Assembly: GCA_037444775.1 (NCBI GenBank)
Contig: JBBILU010000006.1
Span: forward strand, 8,899-72,898
From: Candidatus Altimarinota bacterium
GTDB taxonomy: Bacteria > Patescibacteriota > Gracilibacteria > BD1-5 > UBA6164
Direction: 5' to 3'
DNA length: 64,000 nt
Part shown: positions 38,849 to 50,518 of the stretch, piece after piece
Position numbering within the stretch: position 1 is the first letter of the stretch
Layout: every line of letters begins with the position of its first letter
Program-made: the position numbers and the translations under genes
Notes under the pieces: model-generated
Told to the model about the DNA's origin: nothing
The model's database searches: none
Seen by the model: only the letters and a program-made list of their open reading frames with translations

Positions 38849-38877
38849 TTGACTTTTTGGTTATTATTTAATATAAT
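38849..38877 (+). promoter_or_regulatory. Near-consensus sigma-70 promoter for the small RNA
   Basis: TTGACT (38849-38854), 17-nt spacer, TATAAT (38872-38877). Confidence 0.65.
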
Positions 38878-38883
38878 TTAAAC

Positions 38884-38959
38884 ACTTAAAAGTTGACTGG
38901 TCTGTGGAGAGTGTAAAGTATTCACACTCAAATGAAGCAGAGGAGTTAACTTTTTTTTT
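38884..38959 (+). ncRNA. Small structured RNA, possibly SRP (4.5S)-like
   Basis: 11-bp closing stem aaaagttgact/agttaactttt, inner hairpin gagtgt/acactc, GAAGCAG motif as in SRP RNA domain IV, T-run terminator. Lies on the opposite strand to both flanking genes. Confidence 0.35.
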
Positions 38960-39055
38960 ATTTTATTCTTATAAATATAATTTTTTTATTTACAAAACAT
39001 TCTATAAAATCTATATAATTATCATATATTTCAAGAATATATTTTTTTATTAATT

Positions 39056-41182
39056 TTAAATATTTTTTAAAAATTCTTCTAAACTTATTACAGAAATTCA
39101 TAACAAATTAGCTTTTTGTAACTTACTTCAAGCCTTTTCTCAAGCAAGTAAAAAGTTAGTATTTTTTGAAACCGAAGAAACAAATTCTCATCAACTTTTT
39201 TCTAAAATTTCTACTAATTCATCACGGGAATATCACTCAAAACTTCCAGTTATACAAACTTTTTTTCAGAAAAATTTATTTTGTGCCATCCTCTCTCCTC
39301 TAAGGAGAGGGTTAGGGTGAGCTTGTGTTGATGTGGAATTATCAAACTCCAAAACTTCAAATAAATCTTTAATAATTTTTTTGTGAGCATCGTTGGAAAA
39401 ATATTCTACCAAATTTTTCGCAATTTCTGGTCAAATATCAGGTAAACTTATTAATATTTCTATATTTTCAAAAGCTTTCAAAAATATTTCTAAGTTAAAT
39501 TTCTCAAAACTTAATGACAAAATATATTTTTCAAGAGTTTTTGCTGTTTTTTTACCAACTCCAGAAATTCAAAGAGCTGTAATAAATTTTTTTAAATCAG
39601 TTTTTTTAGCTTCTGAAACAGATGAAATTAAATTAGAAACAGATTTTTCTTTAAATCATTCAAGTTCAAGAATTTTTTCTTTTTTAGATGAAATTTTGAA
39701 AACATCAACTATATTATGAATAATTCAAAAATTTAAAAATAATTCTACTTGTTTTTCTCAAAGTCAATCAATATTAAATCATTGCTTCCCTACTGCAAAA
39801 GCAAGTTTTTCCGACTTTTGAGCTGGACAATCTACAGAATTTGGACAATAATATCTAACTTTATCTTCATCTTTTTGAATTTTTGTATTACAACTTGGAC
39901 AAAATTCTGGTGGAAGAATCTTTTCTAATTTATTCTCTTCTTGGGATGAGCTTACAACAGAAATAATTTTTGGAATTACTTCTCAAGCTCTCTTCAAAAA
40001 AACATAATCTCAAATATTTACTCCTAAATTTTCAACTTCTTCATAATTATGTAAAGTTGCTCTTTTTACTGTTACTCATCAAATTATAACTGGTTCAAGA
40101 TTAGCTACTGGGGTAATTGTTCCTGTTCTTCAAACTGAATGTTCTACAGAAATAATTTTACTTGTAAAAATTTCTGCTGGAAATTTATAAGCAATTGCAT
40201 ATCTTGGATGATGTTCTGTTTTTCATATAGTTTCCCATAAATGAATATCATTAACTTTCAAAACAAGTCAATCAATATCAAAATCAATTTCTTTTTTTGT
40301 ATTTCAGAAATTTTCAATATTTTTTATAACTTCCTCAATTCAATTACAAATTTTGAAATAAGAAGAAATTTCAAATCATAAAGTTTCTAAATATTTTATA
40401 ACAGAAAAATAAGCATAACTTTTTCAAATATAAAATAGAAAAAAATCTTGTTTAAACTCTCATAAATCATAAGCAAAAAACTTCAAGTTTCTTTTTTCTG
40501 TTAAATTTGTATCCAAAGTTCTAAGACTTCAACTTGCTGCATTTCTCGGATTAGAAAAAACTTTTTCTCAATTTTTTATAGCATCTTTATTTAATTTTTC
40601 AAAGCTAGAAATAGGCATAATAACTTCTCATCTAACTTCTAAATCTCATAAATAAGAAATTTTTTTAGGAATATTTTTTATTTTTTTTACATTTTCAGTT
40701 ACATCTTCTCATAAAATTCAATTTCATCTAGTTATAGCTTGAACAAATTCTCAATTTTTGTAAATTAATTCTACTCAAAGTCAATCAAATTTGAATTCCA
40801 AACAATATTCAATATTCTTCAAAACTAAAAAGCTGTTATTAGATACTAATTTCATAACTCTCTCATCAAAATCTCTTAAATCTTTTTCATTATAAGTATT
40901 ATCAAGACTAATCATAGGTCTTGAATGTTTTACTTTTGCAAAAGTTGATTCTTTAACTTCAGCTCAAACTTGTCCTCAAAATTTTTTTTCTAAAGAAAAT
41001 TTCTCTTCTAGAAATTGCAATTTTTTGAGTAAATCATCATAATCTTTATCACTAATTATTGGTGATTGTTTATTATGATACAAATCAGAATGATATTCAA
41101 GAATTTTTTGCAACTCTAAAACATCTTTTTCACTAAAATTATCTAAGTTTTTTTCTAAAAATATTTTTGATTTCTCCAACAT
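39056..41182 (-). CDS. ligA: NAD-dependent DNA ligase
   Basis: CLEFKFDGLGVE (KxDG), zinc finger CPSCNTK...YYCPNSVDCP, HhH repeats, C-terminal BRCT (KKVCITGSF...). 708 aa. Palindromic insertion lies in the HhH-BRCT linker. Confidence 0.95.
39290..39322. repeat. Family A palindromic element inside ligA
   Basis: cctctctcctctaaggagagggttagggtgagc, translated (minus strand) AHPNPLLRGER. Confidence 0.85.
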
Positions 41183-41332
41183 AAATTTAATTAATTTTAA
41201 TATCTAAATTTTTTTGATTTTATATAATTTTTTAAAAAAGTATAATAAAAAGTTGAAAAAAAGTAAAATAAAAATAGAATATCTCTCGTTAAAAATTCTT
41301 AACAAACAATTTTAATTTTTAATTTTAAAAAT

Positions 41333-41650
41333 ATGGCTTTAATTCTGAATGAAAAAAATTTCGCAGATGAAATAAAAGAAGGTGTTACTTTGGTTGACTT
41401 CTGGGCTGAATGGTGTGGTCCTTGTAAAATGATGTTACCAATTCTTGAACAAGTTGCAAAAGAAATGGAATGAAAAGCAAAAGTTGCAAAAATAAATGTT
41501 GATGAAGAACCAGCTTTAGCTTCTCAATTTAGAATTATGAGCATTCCAACACTGATAATTTTTAAAGATGGAAAACCAGTTTCTCAATTAGTTTGAGTTA
41601 AACAAGCTCCTGAGTTAGTTGATATGATAAATAAATATTTAGTAGATTAA
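41333..41650 (+). CDS. trxA: Thioredoxin
   Basis: [13 protein letters not shown] active site. 105 aa. Confidence 0.95.
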
Positions 41651-41683
41651 AAATATTCCCTAATTCTTAGGGAGTATTTTTTT
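41651..41683. terminator. Bidirectional hairpin terminator
   Basis: tccctaa-ttc-ttaggga flanked by an A-run and a T-run. Confidence 0.6.
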
Positions 41684-42476
41684 ATAAATTTTTCAAAATT
41701 TCATCAATAATTTCTTCACTTAAAGCAATTGCAAATCAAATTCATTGACTTCAAGAAACAATTGCTGTATTTATTCAAACAACTTCTCAAGAAATATTTA
41801 AAAGTGGTCAACCTGAATTTCAAGGATTTATTGCAGTATCAGTTTGAATTAGTCAAGTCAAACTTATTCCTGAATCTTGAATTTTTCTATTTAATCAGCT
41901 AATAACTCAGAAAGAAACAGAGTTATCAAATTCAGCTAAAGCATTTCAAATTGCAATTGCAAATTGTCATATTTTTACTGAATCTCTTTTTGCAAAATTT
42001 AAAGCTTTGAAATTTTTCTTTGATTCAATCTTAATAATCGCTAAATCTGTGTTTTCTACAAAAGCTAAAACTTTCGCATCAAATTCTTCTCACGAGCTCA
42101 AAATAACAGTATAAGTTGCATTTTGTTCACTAACTACATGTTTATTTGTAAGAATAACTCAATCTTTTCTTATAAAAAACCCAGTTCAACCTCAAATTTT
42201 TTGATTTATACTTCCAACTTTTTGTCTAAAAAATCCCCATGGGTCTCACCTGTAAATAGGCATATCTTTTTTGATTATTATGCTAACAACACTTGGAGAA
42301 ATATTTCTTACTATATCTATAACATCATTTTGCAAATTTCATAAATTTGAAGAAGAAATATTTTTTTCAGCTTTATTTCAATTTTGATTTACTATATTTG
42401 CTCAAATAAAACCTGAAAATATTCAAAAAATTCAAGTAATAATTAAAATAAAGAAAATTAATAAATTGTTTTTCAT
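41682..42476 (-). CDS. HtrA-like trypsin-fold serine protease without PDZ domain
   Basis: N-terminal TM, GTGFFIRKDGVILTNKHVV (His), DLAIIKI (Asp), GNSGGPL (Ser). 264 aa. Confidence 0.8.
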
Positions 42477-42527
42477 AATTATTTTTATATAATCTAAAAA
42501 ATTTATTTGATAATTTAACAAAAAATA

Positions 42528-44039
42528 ATGAAAAAACAAGAATTTTTAGAAAATATTACAGTAGAAAAATTAGTTTTTGGAGGAAAATGATTTGCTAAAC
42601 ATTCAGATTGAAGAATAATTTTTATTACATGAGGAGTTGTTCCATGAAGCATTGTTAACTTAAGAGTTCTAAAAAAGAAAAAAGATTATATAGAAACTCA
42701 AGTTCTTGATGTTGTGAAAAAATCCAATTTAGAAAAAGTACATCCAAATAATATTTATTGAGAATGTTGAGGTTGTAAACGGGTAAATATTCCTTATATA
42801 GAACAATTAAAAATTAAAGAAAATCAAGTAAAAGAATCTCTTAATTTACTTAAAAAATATAATGAAAAATATAATGAAAATTCTTTTTCATCAATTCTTC
42901 CATCTCCTTTAGTTGATTGATATAGAAATAAAGTGGAATTTTCTTTTGGAAAATTAATTAGTGCAAAAGCTGGAATTGAAGAACATTTTAATGTTTGATT
43001 TCACAAACAAGGAAGTTTTAGCCAAGTTCAAGATTTTGAAGGTTGTATTTTAATTGATGATTTAGCTAATAAAATTTATAAAAAAATTAAAGATTTTTCA
43101 AAAACTTCTTGATTACCTGTTTATGATCAAAAAACTTGAGAATGATTTTTTAGACATATATTGCTAAGAAGAACTTTTTTTGCAAATGAAATTATGATTG
43201 TTTTTAGTTTTAATGATAAATACCATACACAATCCATCCTTAGTAAAGAGGGAGTTAGAGGATATTCTGCCTTTATCCAAGAAATCAAATCTTTTTTTCT
43301 TGAATTAGCAAAAGAATTTAGTGAGATAAAATCTATTTATTTGTCTTATAATTCAAATAAAGCTGATATTGCAATTTGAGAGCTTGAATTAATTTATTGA
43401 GAAAAAACAATTAAAGAAAAACTTTTAGATTTAAATTTTGAGATTTCTCCAACAAGTTTTTTTCAAACAAATTCTTATTGAGCAGAACTTTTGTATTCAA
43501 AGGTTTTAGAAATAGCAGAGGCTCACCCTACCATCTCCTTAGAGGAGAGGGATAACACCCCCTCTCCACTGAGGAGAGGGCTGGGGTGAGGTTCTAAAAC
43601 TGTCCTAGATTTATATGGTTGAACTTGAACAATTTGAATGATTTTTGCTAAGGCTTGAGCTAAAAAAGTTTATTCTGTTGAACTTGTGAAATCAGCTTCA
43701 CAAGATTGACAAAATAATGCAAAGAAGAATAATTTAGAAAATATAGAATTTATTAATGCAAAAGTTGAAGATTTTTTAGAAGATTATTTAAAAACTTCTA
43801 AAAAAGCAGATTTGTTGATTATTGATCCACCAAGGGCTTGAATGCATCCAAGTGCTTTACCAAATATTTTGAAATTTGATTCAGAGCAAATAATTTATGT
43901 AAGCTGTAATCCAAGCACTTTAGCAAGAGATTTGGAATATATTTTAAAAAATAGCACTTACAAAATAGATAAAGTTATTCCAGTTGATATGTTCCCACAC
44001 ACTCATCATATAGAAACTATTGTAAGTTTGAGAAAGTAA
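42528..44039 (+). CDS. rlmD: 23S rRNA (uracil-5-)-methyltransferase RlmD/RumA family
   Basis: TRAM-like N-terminus, Cys cluster YGECGGC, FFQTN, VLDLYGGTGTIG SAM motif, IIDPPRAG, YVSCNPSTLARD. 503 aa. Confidence 0.9.
43521..43591. repeat. Composite family A element inside rlmD
   Basis: gctcaccctaccatctccttagaggagagggat-aaca-ccccctctccactgaggagagggctggggtgagg. Translated AHPTISLEERDNTPSPLRRGLGGG, immediately before the SAM-binding motif. Confidence 0.9.
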
Positions 44040-44068
44040 AAAAAACTAGAAAAATTTCTAGCTTTTTT
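44038..44068. terminator. CTAG-hairpin terminator
   Basis: aaaaaactagaaaaatttctagctttttt. Confidence 0.65.
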
Positions 44069-44073
44069 GTGTT

Positions 44074-45309
44074 TTACTTCCCTAATTTTTCCTCAATTCT
44101 AATAAGTCTATTATATTTAGCAATCCTATCAGTTCTTGATAAACTTCCAGTTTTGATATATCAAGCATTTACAGCAACAGCTAAATCAGCTATAAAAGTA
44201 TCTTCTGTTTCTCAAGATCTATGAGAAATAATTGAAATCATATCATTTTCTTTTCCTAGATTAATTGCATCAAGAGTTTCACTCACTGTTCCTATTTGAT
44301 TTAATTTAATCAAAATTGCATTTGCAAGATTTTGTTCAATTCACATTTCAATTCTTTCAATATTTGTTACAAATAAATCATCTCAAACAATTTTTATTTT
44401 GTCTCAAAGTCTTTTTTGCATTTCTGCCCAACCTGCAAAATCATCTTCTGCCATTCAATCTTCTATTGAAAAAATTGGATAATTATTTACCATTTCTTCA
44501 TAATAATCACATAATTCACTACTTGTTAAAATTCTATTTTCTCATTTCAAATTATATTTTCCTTCTTCATAAAATTCACTACTAGCAACATCAAGAGAAA
44601 TTTTAATTTGATCTGTTGTATAACCAGCTTTTTTAATTGCTTCAATAACAGTTTCAATTGCATGTTTATTTGAATCAAAATTTGGTGCAAAACCTCATTC
44701 ATCTCAAACTGCAGTTACTTGTCATGATTTTTTCAGAATTGATTTCAAATTATGAAAAACTTCTGCTCACATTCTTACAGCTTCTTTTATATTTGGAGCT
44801 CAAACTGGAACAATCATAAACTCTTGAAAATCTAAAACATTATCAGCATGACTTCATCAATTTACAATATTCATTAAAGGAACTGGTAAAATATTTCATT
44901 TTCCCCCTCAAAGAAATTCAAAAATTTCTTTATTTTCAGATTTTGCACAAGCTACAACAAAAGCCATAGAACAACCCAAAATTGCATTTGCTCAAAATTT
45001 AGATTTATTTTTTGTTCAATCTAATGCAATTAAAAAATTATCAAATTCTCTAACATTAGAAAAACTTTTTCAAACAATTTCTTTTGCAATAATATTATTT
45101 ATATTAGAAACAGCCTTTAAAACTCATTTCCCTAAATATCTGGCTTTATCTCAATCTCTTAATTCAAGAGCTTCGTGCACTCAAGTACTTGCTCAACTTG
45201 GAACAATTGCACTTCCCTTCCCGTTTTCTAAATTCAAATCAACTTCTACAGTAGGATTTCATCTAGAATCTATAACTTCTCTAGCTTTTACAGTTACTAT
45301 TTTATACAT
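44074..45309 (-). CDS. eno: Enolase
   Basis: [15 protein letters not shown]...[16 protein letters not shown]...[18 protein letters not shown].... 411 aa. Confidence 0.95.
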
Positions 45310-45395
45310 AACTTTATTAGTTTAAAAATAAGATATTCGAATTATAGACATTTTTTTTTTAATGCAAGAAAAAAACTAGATTTAATTCTAGTTTT

Positions 45396-45551
45396 TTACA
45401 TATTAGCAACTGCAAGAGAAGCTTGTGTAATTTGTAATGCTGGTAAACAAGACATTCAAAGAATCAAGGTCCAATGTACAACTTGTGACATAGGTTTTCA
45501 GTCTACAACAGAATCATAAACTTTTTCTTGCCAATTTTTTTCTTTTTTCAT
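45396..45551 (-). CDS. Hypothetical small protein
   Basis: 51-aa ORF with a hydrophobic C-terminal half, followed by a CTAG hairpin terminator (45369-45397). No recognisable family. Confidence 0.3.
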
Positions 45552-45876
45552 AATTTTTATAAATTAGGAAATAAAATATGTTGCGAAGTTATTGTAGCAT
45601 AAAATATGATGTTTTGTCAAAAAAAATGGAGCAAATTTTTATAAACTTTTTCCATTTTCACTTTTTAACTTTTTTTTTTACAAAATAAATTCAGTTAAAA
45701 TTTATGTATAAAAATTTACAACAAATTTTATATTACAACACATTTTACAAAAAAGTCTATAGCAGATTTTAATTAAAAAATCAAATATTTACGAAATAAA
45801 AAATAAAAAATCTTTCTTTATTATAAGCCAATAAGTCTACTAAGAACTTTTATAAATATTTTTTTTTACAAAATTT

Positions 45877-45905
45877 TTGCACAAAATTAAGATTTGAAGT
45901 ATAAT
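45877..45905 (+). promoter_or_regulatory. Sigma-70-like promoter of the long ORF-free transcript
   Basis: TTGCAC (45877-45882), 17-nt spacer, TATAAT (45900-45905). Confidence 0.55.
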
Positions 45906-45911
45906 ACAGTT

Positions 45912-46443
45912 GTAAGTTATTAAAAACAACTTACAAAGAACCTTAACAAAATCTTTACTACTCAAGTCGGAACCTACAAAAATCCAGTAGATAATCCAAA
46001 AGCAAAAAAACCTTTTCTAAGAAATTAGAACAAAAATAAAAACAAAAACGGTGAGGAGAGTACAAAAAATTATATCCATAACTAAGTTAATATTTTAAAA
46101 AAATTAGTTTGGTTATGGATATAATAAAACTCAATTATAAATCACCAAAAACCTTAAAAAACGGATTAAAAACAAAAGTTTTTAAAATCCACAAAAACAA
46201 AAAATAAAAGAGCAAGGTGAATAGCTCTTAAAAAATCACCCGAGAGTGGTAAAAGATTAGAGTCAAAACTAATCAATTAGTGTTATGTTTGATTCAAGAG
46301 AAAAAAGGATTATTTCTCACAAAAACAAAAAGTTCCTTTTCCCCTAAACTACCAAAAAAAAATTATTTTAGTTTAGGTATGTGAATCTGAACTACAAACA
46401 TAGCTAAGTCAATTTTACCCAAAACACTTAGCTCTTTTTTTTT
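45912..46443 (+). ncRNA. Candidate long structured ncRNA of about 530 nt, unknown class
   Basis: No ORF longer than about 25 codons in either strand even with TGA=Gly. At least 8 hairpins, e.g. gttgtaagtt/aacttacaac, ttatatccataac/gttatggatataa (13 bp), cctaaacta/tagtttagg. Linkers are CAAAAA(C)-type. Ends in agctaagt/acttagct plus T9. Confidence 0.5.
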
Positions 46444-46488
46444 GCCTAAAATTTAAAATTTCATATAATCAAAATAAATAATAAAAAG

Positions 46489-46571
46489 TTACCCCTATAA
46501 TCCCCTAAAATAAGGGGATTAAGAAAAATATAAAATGTTTTTTTCCCTATTTTAGGGGATTATAGGGGTAA
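46489..46571. mobile_element. Family B MITE-like element, intergenic copy
   Basis: ttacccctataatcccctaaaataagggg ... ccctattttaggggattataggggtaa. Terminal inverted repeats of about 28 bp around an AT-rich core. Confidence 0.75.
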
Positions 46572-46614
46572 TATTAATAGTAACATTATTTTTTTATCCT
46601 ATAATAAAACCCTT

Positions 46615-47625
46615 ATGAAGAAATCTATTGAGAAAATTGCTAAATTAATTAAAAAATCAAAAAATATTTTGTTAATAAACCATATAAGAATGGATCCTGA
46701 TGCTTTTTGAAGTTTGGGAGCTTTTTATTTTTTATTAAAAAAATTAGGAAAAAATGTAATTGCTACAAATGATGAAAATCCACAAGATATTTTAGTAAGT
46801 TTTACAAAAGAGAAAAAAAATTTTTTTGAAACACAAGTAAATTTATCTGAATTTAATCCTGATTTAATAATTAGTTTTGATGCATCTAGTCTTGACCAAT
46901 TATGAAAAAAATATGAAGAAAATAAAGAGATTTTTAATAAATCAAATTTTGTTGTAATTGATCATCATATTAGCAATAATCTTTTTGGGAAAATAAATAT
47001 TGTTAATACAAAAGCATCTTCAACTTGTGAAATAGTTTTTAAATTAATCAAAAACTTAGGTTTTTTTAAAAAAATTGATTCTGAAATAGCAAGTTTACTT
47101 TATACTTGAATAATAACTGATACAAATATTTTTTACAACTCAAATACAACAGAAAAAACTCTAAAAACTGCATCAAAATTAATAAAACTTTGAGCAAATT
47201 TTAGGAAACCTATTTTTGAATTTTATAGAAAAAAAACTTTTAACAAAACTAGACTTTGGGGAGAAGTTTTAAGAGAAATAGAACAAGAATGAAATATAGT
47301 TTACTGAATTGTAAAACCAGATTTTTTCACAAAAACAGAAACAAACGAAGAAGATGTTTCTTGAATAATTAATGAATTTCTTGCAAATATGGAATTTTCA
47401 AAGGTTTGTTTTTTGCTTTATCCATTAAAAGATTGAAAAATAAAAGCAAGTCTTAGAAGTATTTCAGCAGATTATGATGTTTCAAAAATTTGCCAAAGTT
47501 TCTCTTGATGATGACATATTCAAGCTGCTTGATTCTCTTATATTCCCGAGAAATCAAAATCATTAGATGAAAATATGCAAATTTTAAAAAATATTTTGAT
47601 AGAAAAAATTAGAGAAATTTTATAA
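46615..47625 (+). CDS. nrnA: DHH-family phosphoesterase (NrnA-like oligoribonuclease / pAp phosphatase)
   Basis: NHIRMDPDAFGS, VVIDHH, ITDT, DHHA1 motif SGGGH with all three Gly as TGA (47506-47514). 336 aa. Confidence 0.85.
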
Positions 47626-47820
47626 AATTATTTATTATTTTTATAATTTTAAAATTTTTTGAACATTTCTATGATATTAACTCCTTTTATACTAAAAAAT
47701 ATGGATTTTAACATAAAAAATTACTTGACAAAATGCTTCAGAATATATAAAAACAGGTGAATTGAGAAACTATATAATTTTAGTTTGATATGGTAGAAAA
47801 AGAAGATGTTTGATAAAAAT

Positions 47821-47852
47821 AAAAAAACTAGAAAAATTTTTCTAGTTTTTTT
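47821..47852. terminator. CTAG-hairpin terminator
   Basis: aaaaaactagaaaaatttttctagtttttttt. Confidence 0.65.
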
Positions 47853-47857
47853 TGGAT

Positions 47858-48907
47858 TTTATAATAATCCTAATTCTTTCATCATTTGAATAATTATACT
47901 ATCTTCTTCATTTACTGAAGTAGTTTTAGTTGGAACTGAAGAAGTTTTTGTTTTGTTAGTATTTGTAACTGTTCTTGGTCCAAAAGTTTGTTCAACATAA
48001 TCATCACTACAATCATAATATGGTTCCTGAACCCAATCTGATTTTATTCTTCTTGATAAATCTGTTCCGTTTGGATAATAATCTCCATCTCTATAAACAT
48101 TCCATCTTTGATTTCCATAATAGTAATAATCATCATAAGGAACTCTTTTCCCTGCTGAATTTATAGAATAATAATAACCATAAGTATCATCATAATAATA
48201 ACTTGTATTATTTTCTACGAAATATGAAACTCTTTTACAATCACGATCTATTCTTGATTTTGTATCAATAACTAATCAACCATGGGTTCTTTTATACAAG
48301 TCTGTTCACTCAGCATATTGTCAATCTCTATAAACTTTCCAAGTATAATTAGATGGAGAATAATAAGAAATATTATTATAATTTGAGTCAACTTTGTAAG
48401 TAGAATCTGTTGTTTGAGTTCCATAAATACTATTTCAAGAGGAAACAGAATAGTCACAATTTAGAACAATTACATTATCTTTAGAATAAGAAGAATTAAC
48501 TTTATACAAAAAATAAGCTTTATTATTATTGTAATCTAATTCTACATCAGAAGCTAATCAAGAAATATCAAACTTTGTTTTGATTCATTCCAAATCATAA
48601 ATTGTTTGATTATTCAAATCAGATGAACTAGAAGTCAAATATTCATTTGATGAGTTAACTCCATAAGAAATAATTTTTGAATTAGAAGAAACTGTATTTG
48701 CTTTTGTCCCTAAAGATAAAAACTTATAAAAACCATTTGCAGTATACATAATTCATAATTTATCTCAAAATGAAAGTTGGTTAACTCATTTATTCAAATA
48801 TACTTCATTTTTAGAACAAGTCATAGCTCAGTTATAATTAGTTGCAGAAACAGAGTAAAAAGAACTAGACATTAAAACTAACAAAAAAACAACTATAATT
48901 TTTTTCA
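47858..48907 (-). CDS. Secreted hypothetical protein with internal repeats
   Basis: Signal-peptide-like MKKIIVVFLLVLMSSSFYSVSA. Tyr/Asn/Ser-rich. Motif W(K/N)VYRDG.Y..GTDL occurs twice. 349 aa. Track ORF 48272..48457 is an overlapping alternative frame. Confidence 0.6.
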
Positions 48908-49037
48908 TATAAACCTTTTTAAGAAATATTTCCTAGAATAAAAACAACAAACTAGGCTTATCAAAAGACCTTTTTACTTTTGATAAAAAAGTTATACATA
49001 TTTTTAAGAAAATGTCAAGTGTTTTATAAAAAATAAA

Positions 49038-49958
49038 TTATTTCATAAATTTTCTATGAGTTTCTTTTAATTTAGGATTTGTAACATGGGTATAAACTTG
49101 TGTTGTATTTATGCTTGAATGTCATAACAATTCTTGAATTTCTCTAAGTCAAGCTCAGTTATTTAGCAAAGTTGTTGCAAAAGAATGTCTCAAAGTATGA
49201 GCTGAAATATCTTTCAAAATAAAAGCTTTTTTTGCATATTCTTTTACCATTGTTGTAATAAAAAATCTTGTTAACCTCATTTTTTCATCTTCTAAAATAT
49301 CTATAGAATCTGTTTTTGTATTATGTCTTATGAAAAGTGGTTTCAAATGATCTTTTCTTTTTTCTAAATATTTTTTTATGGAATCTGCTGAATCATCTGT
49401 CAAATAAACAACTCTAACTTTTTTTCATTTTCATCTAACTGCAAATTCTTTTCTAGTCAAATTTACATCGGAAACATTTAAAGCTGTTAATTCTGAAATT
49501 CTAAGTCAAGTAGAATAAATCATTTTAATAATAGCTAAATCTCTTGTTCAAATCAAAGTATTTTTATTTGGAGCATCAAATAATCTTTCTAACTCTTCCC
49601 TATTTAAAAATTCTACCATTCTAGCATCTTGTTTCATTAAATCTATTGAAGTTGGAGAAATACTTTTTATTCACTTTTTTTCAAGAAATTTCAAAAAAGC
49701 TCTTAATGTAATCATATAAGCATTAGCTGTTTTAACAGATATTCTCTTCCCTTTTTTATACAAAAAAGTTCTAAATCATTCTGCTAAATCCAAAGTCATA
49801 TTCTGCATTTCAAACTTAAATCTATCTATATTTTTTTCTTCCAAAAATTCTCAAAACTTATTCAAATGTCTATCATATTGCTCTGAAGTTTTTGGAGATT
49901 TATTCTTAATTACTTCAAGATAATTCAAGAAATCAAGATGTGCTTGGCTAAAATTCAT
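49038..49958 (-). CDS. Tyrosine recombinase, XerC/XerD-like
   Basis: SAM-like N-domain; catalytic residues in GLRISEL, AHTLRHSFAT, LLGHSSINTTQVYTH. 306 aa. Confidence 0.85.
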
Positions 49959-49960
49959 AC

Positions 49961-49997
49961 AAAAAAATTAGAATACAAAAAATTTCTTGTATTCTAA
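49961..49997 (-). terminator. Terminator after ybaB
   Basis: ttagaatacaa / ttgtattctaa hairpin, followed by a T-run on the minus strand. Confidence 0.6.
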
Positions 49998-50035
49998 CTA
50001 ATTTTTTATTTTATTCAAAAAGTTTTTTTGTAAAA

Positions 50036-50365
50036 TTACATAGTTGGAAAACCTCCACCTGGTAAATTAATTCCCATTTTCCCCATAACTCCTTGCATTT
50101 TATCAGCTGCAACTTGTTGAGATTTATTAACTCATTTATTTACTGCTTCTCTAATAGCATTTTCTAAAGCTTCTTTTTGAGCCTTAGTTAAACCTGGAAT
50201 TAAAAAATCTGTTTCAAATTCAACTTTATCAACTTTCATTTCTCAGTTTACTGAAACAACAAGTCAACTAACTTCAGCTTCTATAATTGTATTTTCTAAT
50301 TCTTTTTTAATTTTCATTGCTTCTTGTTGCAATTTTAAAAGCTCACCTGCTTTTGAAAAATCCAT
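50036..50365 (-). CDS. ybaB: YbaB/EbfC-family nucleoid-associated protein
   Basis: ...LQQEAMKIKKELENTIIEAEVSGLVVSVNGEMKVDKVEF...AIREAVNKGVNKSQ.... 109 aa. Confidence 0.85.
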
Positions 50366-50518
50366 ATTTTTTTATATGTTAAATTTTAAAAATGCTAATT
50401 TTTTTAGCCGACATATTATATTTATTTTAAAATTTTTGCAAATAAAAATTTTTTATGATACAATTATTTATATTAATTTTTTATTAATTACTTATTTTAA
50501 ATTTATAAAATATACTTT

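Noticed and set aside
45560-45900. Replication origin in the AT-rich gap (TTACAA(A/C)A repeats)
   Set aside because: No convincing DnaA boxes; the best matches to TTATCCACA have 2 mismatches. No dnaA or dnaN nearby. This cannot be supported from the sequence alone.
45912-46443. Long ncRNA as RNase P RNA, tmRNA or 6S RNA
   Set aside because: GAGGAGAGUAC and ACAAACAUAGCUAAG only loosely resemble RNase P CR-I and CR-V, and they cannot form P4. There is no GGGG 5' end, tRNA-like 3' end or tag ORF for tmRNA. The size and architecture do not fit 6S.
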